NCBI GenBank assembly: GCA_017499595.2
Contig: CM039000.1
Location: 1,860,001 to 1,924,000, forward strand
Source: Psilocybe cubensis
Taxonomy: Eukaryota
DNA: 64,000 nucleotides
Reading direction: 5' to 3'
The notes under the pieces are model-generated. The model saw nothing but the letters and a program-made list of their open reading frames with translations. It made no database searches and had not been told where the DNA came from. A program made the position numbers and the translations under genes. Of this stretch, positions 1 to 11,910 are shown one piece after another; position 1 is the stretch's first letter, and every line of letters begins with the position of its first letter.

Positions 1-1925
1 TATCAGAAAGACTGTCATTGATGTGGATGCCTTTGTCGTTACTAGAGGGTATGCAATTCGTTCAACAACTTCGCGTCGTTTTTCTTCAAATGATTCTACA
101 CGAGTTGATTCTAATGCGATGCCTCGAGCTATTCCTGAATGGACTCTAATTCAAAATGGATCAACTGGGGTTCATGCTATGCAATTGTCGATTGTCTCTG
201 ACACTCACGCTTTGATTATTGACAAAGTAGAACACAATCCAGTGTCTATTGACGGTCATCCAGCGTGGGCAGCATTGTACAACCTTGTTGACCATTCAGT
301 CACACCTTTGAGAATGCAATCGAATTCTTTTTGCGCCGGTGGAACATTTCTAGGCAACGGTACTCTTATCAATGTTGGAGGAAATCCTGTCGTTGAGACA
401 CACACATCTGCAGCTGACTTTGGCGACTTAAATGGACTCCAGGCCATCCGCATTTTCGAACCCTGCGATTCATCCACTGCAACTTGCGTGATATACGAAA
501 ATCATTCACGCATACGCATGGCAAGTCCCCGGTGGTACAACACTGTTATCCGGTTGGCTGATGGCAGTGCCATGATTATTGGAGGAGCTCGTAAAGGTGG
601 TTGGATCAATAATGCCACTGTCAACAATCCTACTGTCGAGTATTTTCCTCCAAAAAATATCAAAGGGTCAAACGGCATGCCAATTAACCTTTCTTTATTA
701 ATAAATAGCCTGAGATCGAACCTATTTCCGATTGCTTTTGTCCTTCCAGATGGAAAAGTGTTTATTGCTGCCAATCGCGATGTAGTAATTTACGACTGGC
801 AGGCTGATACGGAAAGATATCTCCCACAGATTCCCAATGGTGTCCGTGTGACGTATCCTATGGCAGGAACCGCCTTGTTACTGCCTCTGTCTCCTGAAAA
901 TGGATATGTACCAGAGGTATTGATATGTGGTGGTTCCACTGTGGACGACGCAAAACCGGGGTACGAGTTGTCTTCTCAAGACCCATCTTCGTCCCAGTGC
1001 TCGCGAATGGTCTTGGACGACGATGGCATCGAGGCAGGCTGGCAAACAGAGGATATGCCCGATGCTCGTTTGATGCCCGATGCAGTTCTGCTTCCGACAG
1101 GAAAGATTGTCATAGTCAATGGCGCTGGGTCAGGGATTTCGGGGTACGGCAATGTCGTGGATCAAATTGGAGCGTCGAATGCAGATAATCCAATTTTCAT
1201 GCCTGTCCTTTACGATCCATTAGCACCTGTGGGAGGTAGATTTTCATCCAATGGTCTGCCCACAAGTTCTATCCCAAGGCTATACCACAGTGTCGCCACC
1301 CTCACTCCTGTCGGAAACATAATGATTGCAGGCAGCAACCCGAATCTCGATCGAAGTGAAATAAAATATGGCACAGAATATCGCGTTGAATGGTTGAACC
1401 CGCCATATATTTTCATGGATCGACCTATGATTACAAGCTTTGACATCAAGATACCCTTTGGTGCAAGCGTGAATGTTGAAGCACTATTGCCTGGCAATCA
1501 TAATGATAATATACAGTGTGAGCTTACAATCTTATACTTGTCTATCTCCTAATTATTCCTCCGGAATCCAGTTGCACTTATGGACTTAGGTTTCGTTACT
1601 CATGCAGTTCATGCAAATTCACGACTGGTCTACCTTTTGTTTTCATATCAAAATGGAGTATTCGCTATTCAAGGTCCCCCTAGTGGGAACGTTTATCCTC
1701 CAGGTCCTGCATGGCTGTACATCGTCGTCGACGGTGTTCCTAGTGAAGGACGGAAAGTCATGGTAGGGGATGGGGGAGGACCGCCTGTTGATGAGAATGC
1801 AACCCAAAAGTGAGCTTGTTATATAATGCTTTAGGAAACAGCACGCTGACTTTCCTAGTGTGCTATCAAACACCGCTGTTGACCAGCACGAATCTTCACA
1901 AGTAGAGGGAGATGCCTCAGAGTGA
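1..1925 (+). CDS. Copper radical oxidase / glyoxal oxidase (CAZy AA5_1), probably 5' truncated by the window edge
   Basis: ORF 23-1552 is spliced to ~1571-1809 and ~1859-1925. Motifs SNSFCAGG (Cys), RWYNT (Tyr), RLYHSVA (Tyr-His) and GFVTHA (His) match the copper-radical active-site ligands. The C-terminal PPGPAWLY is typical of the family. Confidence 0.9.
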
Positions 1926-2178
1926 TTTTAACATTTTGAACCGTGAATATTGCTCTTGTGCTCGCTATTTTGTATGCGCCAGTCGATGATGACTGATCTT
2001 ACGTGTATGTATTTATAAACTACCCCAACCCCGAGCAATTTTGTTTGGATATAAACTCATGTAACATCTGTCGTTTTGTAACACCATTCACAAATATGAA
2101 AGGCTTATATATTGGTTGCGGCAGTGAGCTAAGTCGAAGCAGTGGATGCACATATGATTGGAAAACAGAACACATCTC

Positions 2179-3240
2179 TTACAAAGCTCGTTGCTTCATG
2201 CGGCTGCTCACCGTCCTGAGACCCGCATACACTTTTCCTGGAGGAGATCCCAGAATCAAGGAAACCAAAGCATCACGAGCGATCTTGATATTTTGGTAGG
2301 CACCCATGATATGGATTTTCCTGAAGCGAACCCATAAGTTAGTGAGAGTGATGTAATCTGTTGCAAGACCTACGTATCCGCCAGCACTATGCGGGTACGA
2401 CTGGTGTTTTCGATGGTAAATTTTGTTTTGCCGTCTTGTCCAGCAATACGACCGATTGCTCTTGAAAGGTGATCGCCATGTAGTGTCTTGACATCTTTGA
2501 TTTCAAATGAATCAAGATAAAGGTCGTCAAGCCTTAGTAAAGCAATGGCATCCTGTTTTTAAAATATACATTAGTAAAATCCACGATCATAAAGCCGGGT
2601 TCGTGAGTTTACATTAACATCGAAACCTAAAGCATAGGCTTTGATAAAATCGGCTCCCTTTTGAAGGCCACCAATATCCTTCGTATGTCTCGACGTCTGA
2701 AATAAATATAATAAGGTGATCAGCATAAAGGTATAATCAAACGGAGATCATACTCACTCTTATTTCTACACATCTCCTCTGCACATTCATTCGTACCTGC
2801 AGACCAAGAATCTCCGTCAAAGGCCCGAATATGTGCAGCCAGTCCTTTTTCAAAGGTGTCATTCTGTGTGGAGGGATAGGGATCCGCCGTGTTTCAGATC
2901 TCAGGGTAGTTTTTTCAACACCAGGAGCAACTGGAGGGAATACGGGTGCGTCAGTTGATACAAGTGATGATGTGGGGTCTGCATCAATCATAAGCTCGTC
3001 GTCATCGTCGTCTGCTATTGTCTGCCTCGTCGGTGCATGTCTGTCGGTCGCATGATTCAAAGGCTCGAGGATTATCTCCTCATCTTCTCCGCCTTTATGA
3101 GATAGCGATGAGCTCGATGGATCGGAGGGGAGTGGATTGACAGTGCCCGATTTTTTGCGGACGATTTTTCGGCGATTTTTTTTAGTTTTTATGGGAGAGG
3201 TCGAGGAAGATGCGGCTCCAAGTGTATGTGTTACAACCAT
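2179..3240 (-). CDS. PNO1: Pre-rRNA processing KH-domain protein Pno1/Dim2
   Basis: Contains [17 protein letters not shown], then spliced exons with [31 protein letters not shown] and [35 protein letters not shown]. Stop at 2179-2181. Confidence 0.95.
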
Positions 3241-3761
3241 GGCTCCCTTACTTGAATTGAATCCAGATGCCTGGGTTTAACTGAAGAGATGATGGATCAG
3301 CAGTATAGGTGTTTGGGAAGAAAAAGTTGATAAATAATGTCACATTCGTGACACAACCCAAAATAGCTACGCGCATCAAACGCGCATTGGTTGTTCCAGG
3401 ATTGTTCTGTAGCAATCCAGCAGATTCATTGCAGAATCCGTATCAAATTCGTATCTCAAGAGTCTGGCGGGACTTCAAGTCAAATAGCTTTACTAGATAA
3501 CGACATTTAAGCTCCATCGAAAAAAATGTTCAATATGCTGCCACATGGGCTAACTAACAATGTTATATAGATGCAAGTGAAAACGGCGGTAATACAAATG
3601 ATGATACATGGCAATGGAAACAAAAGAAATCCACGCGCTCCGGAAACTGAAAATGTAAGACAATGATGATGATAACAATGCGCTTCAAACGAGTAACAAG
3701 TTACGTCTAACGTGCGTTCAACCCCCACAAATATGCAAACTGATGAAAATTCTTGGGTGGA

Positions 3762-4805
3762 TCAAAGTGTATCCCTTCGAACGCGGCGCATGAGAAGCCG
3801 ATGAGCTTCTCGGAATTGCCACGCCTGTGGTTTTTCAAACGTATACAGGGCAAGACCAAAGCGACCTCTCCTTAGTATTTCCATCATCAAAAATGAGACT
3901 ATAGCCAGTGTCAACATCAAAAGGCAATGAACAAAATAGAATAAGTATACTCACGTATAATTTCTACGTCATGTGCCAGTAAATGTGGCGTAAACTCTAT
4001 ATAACTGGAACCTAGGCCAGGGATACGCGTGGAGATAAAGGAGGATTTTTGGATCTCTTCTTCACTTTGCGTATCTTCGGTCTGGGATGGAGAAGGTAGA
4101 TCGGGAAAAAAAGTGCCGTTGCGTAGAGAGATTGACGATTTTTTTTTTGACAGAAACCTGTGCTTGGCTCCTTTCTTGACTGTGGGCAATCGGAAAACGT
4201 TTCGATAAAATGATCCTTTTACACTGTCCGTGTCACAGTCGAAGAGCTGCAAGATTAATAGTTTAAACTACATATGCACATATACGAGATGAATACTTAC
4301 TGTGAGAGAGTTAGTAGTTGCCATCCAAACATATTCAGTGTCAAAACGTGTAGGTATGACAAGATTTTTAGGCCTGACAAAATATATAGCAAACATATAA
4401 TGTTGTAAAAAATCATACGCACATGAAGCGCACAGTTGTCGACCCAAATAAATCAGTAAGGCCGCCAACCTTTTCACCATGTATGGATATGGTTGGCCGA
4501 CACCCCTGCCACGCAATTTCAGCAAGTACTTTCCCTGTCGGGGCCGTTATTGATGTCCGCCTCTCTACAACATCGGGAAGAATCTCCGAGCTAGACGACG
4601 GTGCTCGCTTTTTCAGAAAAGAGGGAGAAGAGCCAACCATAGTAGGAGATCTTGGATTAGAAGAGGTGTCTGACGAACGTATTTGTTCTTCTGGCAAAAC
4701 CGTCGTCGAAACGAGGATAGTCACGATGTTGTATGCACACTTGCCAGTGTTGACATCGACAAGTGTAGAGTTCAGCATATCCGGAGACGTGAATTTAAGC
4801 AACAT
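3762..4805 (-). CDS. Conserved hypothetical protein, possibly DUF6593-like
   Basis: Four-exon model running from MLLKFTSPDMLNSTLVDVNTGKCAYNIVT to ...LMMEILRRGRFGLALYTFEKP...RDTL*, with GT-AG introns. The family guess rests on the N-terminal pattern only. Confidence 0.65.
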
Positions 4806-5417
4806 CGTCAATGAGCCTAGGGAAATTAGAAAGAACGAAATTCAAGGCGCAAGACTATAACTAGTGGAAAAATGGCTCAAAATAGTGAGAGGTTTGTGAT
4901 TTCCCAGTTGGGCAATCCGTTTGTGCAGATTGGGTACAGGATAAGCTACGGCCGTAGTAGAGAGGCATAACGGCGCTTTTTCATACCACCCTGGGTGACA
5001 GACATACATTAGAGTTCAGATAAGAGCACCAATGATTGAGAAATGAACTGGAAGAAAATTATGCAAAACAAAGTAGTGGTGGAATTTGGCCAAGAGCGGA
5101 GCACACAGTTGAATCATCATTTTGATAGTCACATGATGGCATAGCCACTGTCGGGTGGGCTTGCTTGTTGATGTTGAAATTGTGGCTGCAAACAAAGCGA
5201 GAAAGTGAACATCTACAGTGTTAGTTTACCACCGCCAACGACTGCGACGACAACGAGTGTCTTTGACTCTCAAACTCCTATTCATTCATCTGCAAGTCGA
5301 CATCATCTCTACGACGGCTTCCATAAGCTAGTCCCGTTTTGTTTGCAAACAAACACAAGTTGGTCGCTTTCTGTGGGGAAGGTTGATCCAACAGGATTTG
5401 TGTAGTCAGTGTTGGTT

Positions 5418-8400
5418 ATGGCTCACGCAAGACGCTCACCGCAACATAGAGCAACGTCACCATCTGTCAGTTCTCCATCCACTACTCGAAAGAACTCCTT
5501 AAGACGTTCCACGAGCAGAACATCGTCTCGTGCGCCTACCGAATTCATTCCATCTACGTCTTTCCACACTCTCAGACCTGTCTTGGTTCCTCTCGAATCA
5601 AATCTACGTCGTCAACCATCCAGAACCGCCCTTACTCACAAAGTTGACGGGCTGGACCAGCTGATGCGCGATCCAGGTCATGTGATCGCCGGGTCCAAGA
5701 GAAAGCGCGTTACTAGCAGTAATGAGAATGCGCATACTCACGGTCGACCGACGCGAGGCTCTGGAAGACTCAAACGTCTTCGGACTACTAGCGAGACTGT
5801 TTCGCGCTACCGACGTGCTTCGACTAGCGAAGAAAGTCGCTCAGAAGCCAGCGAAATGGAAGTTGATACCAGAATTGACACACACGAGGAGGACACCGAG
5901 GGTTCCGACGACGAGGAGTGCCCGCAAGGTGGTTATGAAGACGAAGAACATTACGACTCGTGTACGTCTCTATTAATTATACTGTATATATATGCATTTT
6001 TTCACATTTTTCAAAGCGGACGAATTCCTACTTCACTCAGCTTCTCCAAAAAGACTAAACAGACTACTCAAACTTAAACTTGTAGAATTATACGAACTAT
6101 GTGGTCTAACAGGCACCCCACAATCTTTAACAAAACATGAGCTTGTAGATGCCATAGTCAACAACCGTGATGGCTGCGCTTCAGTGCCACCATCATCACC
6201 ACTGGGTAAAGGGGATGGTGCATCGTCGGAATATTCAAGTGACGATGCTCATTTTGCAGGAGACGAGGAAACGGACGCCGGCGGCTCACGCCTTCCCTCA
6301 CATGGCAGTCCCCTGAAACGGCGGGTAACCACGCACGATTTTGGGGCAGCGCCATTGCGGCCCTTGAAAAACCGTAGTCTCTCGATGGGCAACATTTCGG
6401 GCAACAATGAAGTCCCAAGATCTTTAATATCAGAAAGAAAACTGTTGATGCAGCTGGATGCGAAACAAATTGAGTCAACTGGTCCGAGGTTAGTCATGTA
6501 AATACAAATTGCAAGTATGATGGTCTAATGGTTTGTCTAGGAGAAAAAATACGGCTCGATCTTCTCCAGCGACAAGCACCACAACATCATCATTGAAATC
6601 GTCGCCGCCTGCCACACGATTGCGGTCACGTAATGTTTCTGTCTCTGCAAACTCGAGTGTACCCGAGCCAACGAGCAGAGGTAAAGGGAAAGGCAAGGCT
6701 AAGCAAGTTGAATTTAGTAATGAGGTGGAAATCCACGAGTCGTCATTGAAACTGGGCTCGAGGGGAAAAGAGGTGCAGACACTTGTCGATTCTGAAAGTG
6801 ACTTGACGGAATTGGAAGAAGAAGAAGAAGAAGAAGTGGAAGGTAGAAGAGAGCCTGTTGGAATTCCTAGCCCTCGAAGACTTCGCAGCAAAGATCGCGA
6901 AACGGAGAGATCAGTGGCCAAGCAAGTAGAAGATCCCGACGTGACTCCCATTGCCAGATCAAAGCAGCAGAGAAGAATTCGGGGCGTCAGTCATGATCGA
7001 ACTATGGACAATGCTGAGAGTTCCACGAATCGTAATCGACGAGTTACTCCTATGCGGAAAGCGAAGAGAAAAGTCGGAAATCTGAAGGAATCCGATCCTG
7101 AGGACCGTGATGAAGAAAAGGAAGCAGACGAAGTTCAAGAAGAAGGAGAGGAAGAAGAAGAAGAGGAGGAGGAGGATCTTCAGCCTGGCAACAATGAAGA
7201 CGACGACGACGAAGCCGGTGAGGAGGATGAGGTCGATGAACTAATTTCATCTGCTTCTATAACACCTCCACCCGAATCCCACGGGCGCCGCACCCCCCTT
7301 AGGAGGAGACTTCGGCCAAGAAAGTCAAGAAACAGGGTTGCACCTACCGTTGATGAAGAGAACGAAGGAGACGATGAGGAGGAAGCGGAAGGAGAGGAAG
7401 GGGAGGAAGGCAATGATGGCGAGGAAGATGAGGAAGATGATGTGGAGGGTAATCAACAAAGTATAGCAGATGATGGAGACGATGAGGTTACAATTGCGGT
7501 TGAACCACGGAAATTGAGGAATGGAAAGATAGTCGGTGAAGAAGACACAGAGATGGATGTTGATGAAGAGTCCGTTGCAGACCAAGATGAAGATGGTGAA
7601 GTTGAGGATGAAGTAGATGATGCTGCAAGCATTGATGTCGACGCTGAAGGGGAAACAGATGAGGACGAGACCATGGAAGATGATGGTATGTCATCCTTTG
7701 AGTTACAGCGACAATACTTTTATCTTACAATTTTAAGTTGACTTAACGGTCGCCACAGCCAAAACCCTCGTCCGGATGCGACGAGACGATCTCGTGCGGC
7801 TTTGTGAAACGAGAGACCTCGATCCATCGGGAACCAAGCCTCAACTTGCTGAAGCCCTCTTACAATGGAGAGATCGGCAAGGGAACGATTTCTCGTCTCC
7901 ATCTTCAGGAGGCACAGTCCGCCCTGCGTCTAAGAAGAAGAAAAGGACTAAACACCATTCTGATTCCACCAATACCGCTGTTCCTGTTCTCCTTCGTTCT
8001 GCCCATAATCACACAGATGAGCCTCGCACACCAGTACCTGGCAAGGATAAAGAAGGGAAAGACAAGGAAAATGAGGAATTAGAGCTGGATCTGGAAAGTC
8101 TGGGGCTGGAAGATCGTGAAATACCTCCTGAAAAGCTTACCAAGCTGGAGAAAATTGGTAGTGGAGGCTTCAAGGATGTGTTCATTGGTAAGTTCAAGAA
8201 CAGGAAAATTGCCATCTCAGAATTTCGTGGCCAATTGAGCACCAGTATGTATCTTCGACTCAGTTACGTCCTTTGCCGTTTTGACGTGACTTTTACAGTG
8301 GATATCAAAGAACTTAAATTGCTCGGCGCTTTCAATCACCCCAATATCGTCCGATTTGTATGTCATAAACGCGATATTACGGCTCTCAACACTAATCTTC

Positions 8401-9207
8401 TTTTAGCTTGGTGTCAGTATACCTGAGAACACCAAAGAGACTCCAGTCATGATCGTCAGCGAGTTGTGTTCCAATGGTGACCTCTTCGATTATATTCGCA
8501 ATACCAATGCGCCCTCTTTACGCAAAGTTGTGAGTACTTTACTTTATTGATATATTGATCTTTGTTTTATTATTATCGTTTGCACAGTTGTTGATGATGC
8601 TTGACATCGCCAGAGGCCTTGAATATCTCCACACCAGGAAGCCTTCAATTATCCATCGTGACTGCAAATCTTCCAACATTCTCATTACAGCTAAAGGTAC
8701 TGCCAAAATAGCGGATTTTGGCCTTGCCAAGGTGAAACAATCCACTCGCTCGATGGTACGCAGTCTAGTTGGCACTGTCAACTGGCAGGCTCCCGAGTTG
8801 TGGACGGCACATCCCAAATACAACCACAAAGTGGATACATTTTCTTGCGCGATGGTATACTGGGAAATGCTTCAGTGGCATGCGCAGACCAAGAAATTTC
8901 CTTGGGAGGTTTGTGTAGTGTGGTTATTTATACCTTGAGCAACGGAGACTCACTCTCCAACTGTAGGGGATGAACGAACATGCAATTTATGAGATTGTGG
9001 GTGCTAAACGCCAAAGGTGAGTCAAGATCATTTTAGTTTGTTTACAGTTCTCAGTCGTCTTTCAGACCACCTATTAACAACCTTCGGAAACAATGGTGCC
9101 CGGAAATTGTTGACCTTATGGAAAGGATGTGGGCACAAGAACATCAAGACAGACCAACTATGACTGAAGTAGTTAAGGCACTTGAAGAACTTTTGGCGAC
9201 GTATTAA
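5418..9207 (+). CDS. Ser/Thr protein kinase (TKL-like) with a long acidic N-terminus and SAP/HeH-like modules
   Basis: The C-terminal kinase domain has [36 protein letters not shown] and a final RPTM. Multi-exon; stop at 9205-9207. Confidence 0.9.
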
Positions 9208-9482
9208 TTTGAGTTGTTGCTCATGCACTCTGACATGCTAGGCTGTATTACTTTTACCACCTGCGGACCAGGTTTTATTTTTATTGTTTACTTCATTTAT
9301 CTATGTTATACTGTAGATCGCTTTGACGCATTTTTATCCTGCCTTCGTCTAGTTCCTGTTCAACGATGCCCACCTACAATTTATACAATAAATGCATTAC
9401 TAGTACACTTCATACATCCACCAACAATGTGATATCCCCGAACAGCGTATCCTAACAAAGTCAACGAGCTATGAGACATATA

Positions 9483-11682
9483 TTACATTCTTTCTGCTTT
9501 GAATTTCGAAATTTTTTTGCCGGGTTTGGTTTCATCTACAGGCGGTGCATGCGCTGAGGCGGTTGGTTGTGGAGTCGACTCGCGCACAGTTGATATGACA
9601 GCGGGCGGTCTTTCCGGCCGCCTAGATGTCTCTGCCGGTAAATGATAAGACAGTGAACTAGTTGACGACATCCCTTCTCGAGGCTTTGGAAATGACGGAG
9701 ATTCTACAATCATAGAGAAATTTGACGAATTGGGAACCTTTGAAGCCAAACCTGTGTCAGTGGTTCGCGTATCTGCCTTCATATAGTCTTTCACAAATTT
9801 CCGAGATTCTAAATCGAGTTTGGGGGAGGACCTTTCATCATGGAACACAGGAGTAACAGAGGGCGAAGAGATGTTGGATAAAGATGTACTCGAGTTTGAG
9901 GTATGTTTGGAACCTGGCCGGCCTGACGCTGCAAGCGATGCTTTAAATTTCGATACTGTGGGCTTTTTGAGTGGTGGAGGTGGCGGCATATTACCCCACC
10001 GCTGAGGTGTTCCTTGGGCACCAGAAGATGGTTGGACGGTCATGTTATGCGTCTGAGGTATTTGATTTGGATGAACTGTATGAAGGTATTCGCCATTTGG
10101 ACCTAGGTTATATACCTCGCCCTTTTTCAAGAGTTCGAGGACTTCTCGCATTGCATGGTCTTCCTCGTCACTTTCACTGTCTGCTTCTGCGCCAACGAGT
10201 TTGCCGTCTAAATCCAGTTTGCCTGTCTTGATGGCACGTTGGATTGTACGTGTCGAGGATGCTGGTAATACAGATTCACCTAACGAGACTGATTCCGATT
10301 CTAGTGCGGCAGAAGCTCCATATGCAGAAGCGAGTTTTTGTGCTCTAAACTGAGACATGACGGGTTTCTGGCCCTCCCGAACAGGTTCTGTGGTTGCTTC
10401 CTGGTACAATTACTTGCGATAAGTATATCAAACTGGTTGAATGTTACACGTACCCTATGGACATCTAATTCATGAGAATGATTCATTATTGCAGCGGCCG
10501 TTGCTTGACCAATGGTGTTCCGTTTATTATAATATTCCAGGGCAATCTCGCGTTGTTGCTGAGCAAAGTCGAATTCGAATTCGTCAGTCTCTAAGATGGG
10601 ATTGACATCGATCATCTCATCATAATCTTCTGACGATTCGGTGTTACTTCCCTCGTCGGATTCGTCGTCCGAGTCAACCATATTCTGTAATGGTAAAGGA
10701 GATTTTGGCAAAGTACCTTGCCCCCCCGGGAGGCGTTCGACAACAGACATTTTCATAGGGTGCATGTCGAGAAGAGACTGAGATGCTAATGTCGCTCGCT
10801 TGGTATTTTGAAGCCTTGCTGGAGTGACGTCTCCCCAGTTAGAACTAGCGATCACCTCGTTTCCCTCTGACTTTTGCATACTCTCTGGATTTTCGACAAA
10901 TGCGACTGTTTTTTTCTTCCCAGACGGAGACTTGCGTTGTAAATCCGCTTGCTCATCTTTGAGACGCTGGGCTTCCCTCTCTTGCTCTTCGACTTCTTTA
11001 GCCCTGCCTATATTTTTTAACAAGGCGCGGCCCATCTTTTTCTGTAACTCTTTTGCCTCTTTTAACTTTTCCTTTTGTTTCGCAGTATCTTCTGTGCGCT
11101 TCTGTAGGGCTTCATCATTTTCTTGATTTCGTCGTTCTTGTTCACGAAGTTCAATCTGCCTTTCTTCTTCTTCCAAAAGGTCTAGAATTCGATCCCGCTT
11201 TTTTCGCATCCTTTCTCGATCAAGTGGCGAAAGTGATGCCAAAGGGACCAAGGGCTCGACGGTAGCAGGCGAGGCCATGGATATCGAAGTTGCATCATCA
11301 GGCTCAGTTATTTCGATGATAGGTAGCCCCTCTTCATTTAACATCTGAATAATATATATGGTAGCATAAGGACAGTGGTATATGGATTGCAATCATATGT
11401 ACTTCACCGCGCTCATTACGGCCTTGCTGGAAAGCCTCAGCAGCTTCAGGTCCCATTAGTTCAGTAAGCTTTTGAGTGAGCTTTTCAATAGCATCTGGGC
11501 CAAGTTTTCTATTCGATGAGGCATCGGCAGCTTCTGGGATGATAGCTTGGATGAGGGCACGGAGAGCTGGAAAGGCAGCATAATTGAATTAATATGCAGG
11601 AGAGAGACGTATTGATACATATACACTCACATTCTTCGCTGCCTTCTGACAAATTTTTTAGATTGGATTGTGGTTGAGTCAT
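9483..11682 (-). CDS. Bud27/URI-like protein (DUF3835-type C-terminus), no prefoldin domain seen
   Basis: Has the motif LNEEGLPIIEITE, a coiled coil, RVxF-like KKTVAF, an acidic tract, QQQREIALEYY and the terminal KKISKFKAERM, resembling Bud27/URI features. Four exons. Confidence 0.6.
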
Positions 11683-11910
11683 GGTAGTGGAGTAGTGAAC
11701 AATCTATTTGATCACTCCAAGGGTTCTGCAAACAAAGACTTCAATCAGTAATTTAGTGCGAGGAAGTGGCTGTGTTACCCGGCCTGTACGGACCGGTGTC
11801 AAGTTTGATGGCACAGTTTCGCGTGACTGACCGCGTCGTCACGCACCCAACTTTGTATCAAGGCTTTACGCTCTTCCGACGCGTTCCTCACTTCCAGCTC
11901 GCCATATATC

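Noticed and set aside
6810-7690. GAA/GAG/GAT-rich runs and long antisense Ser-rich ORFs
   Set aside because: These are the codons of the kinase acidic tract; the antisense ORFs are shadows of it.
8188-8193. Perfect GTAAGT donor-like site inside kinase subdomain I-II
   Set aside because: The reading frame continues through a plausible beta2-beta3 sequence, and I found no splice product restoring a canonical VAIK motif.
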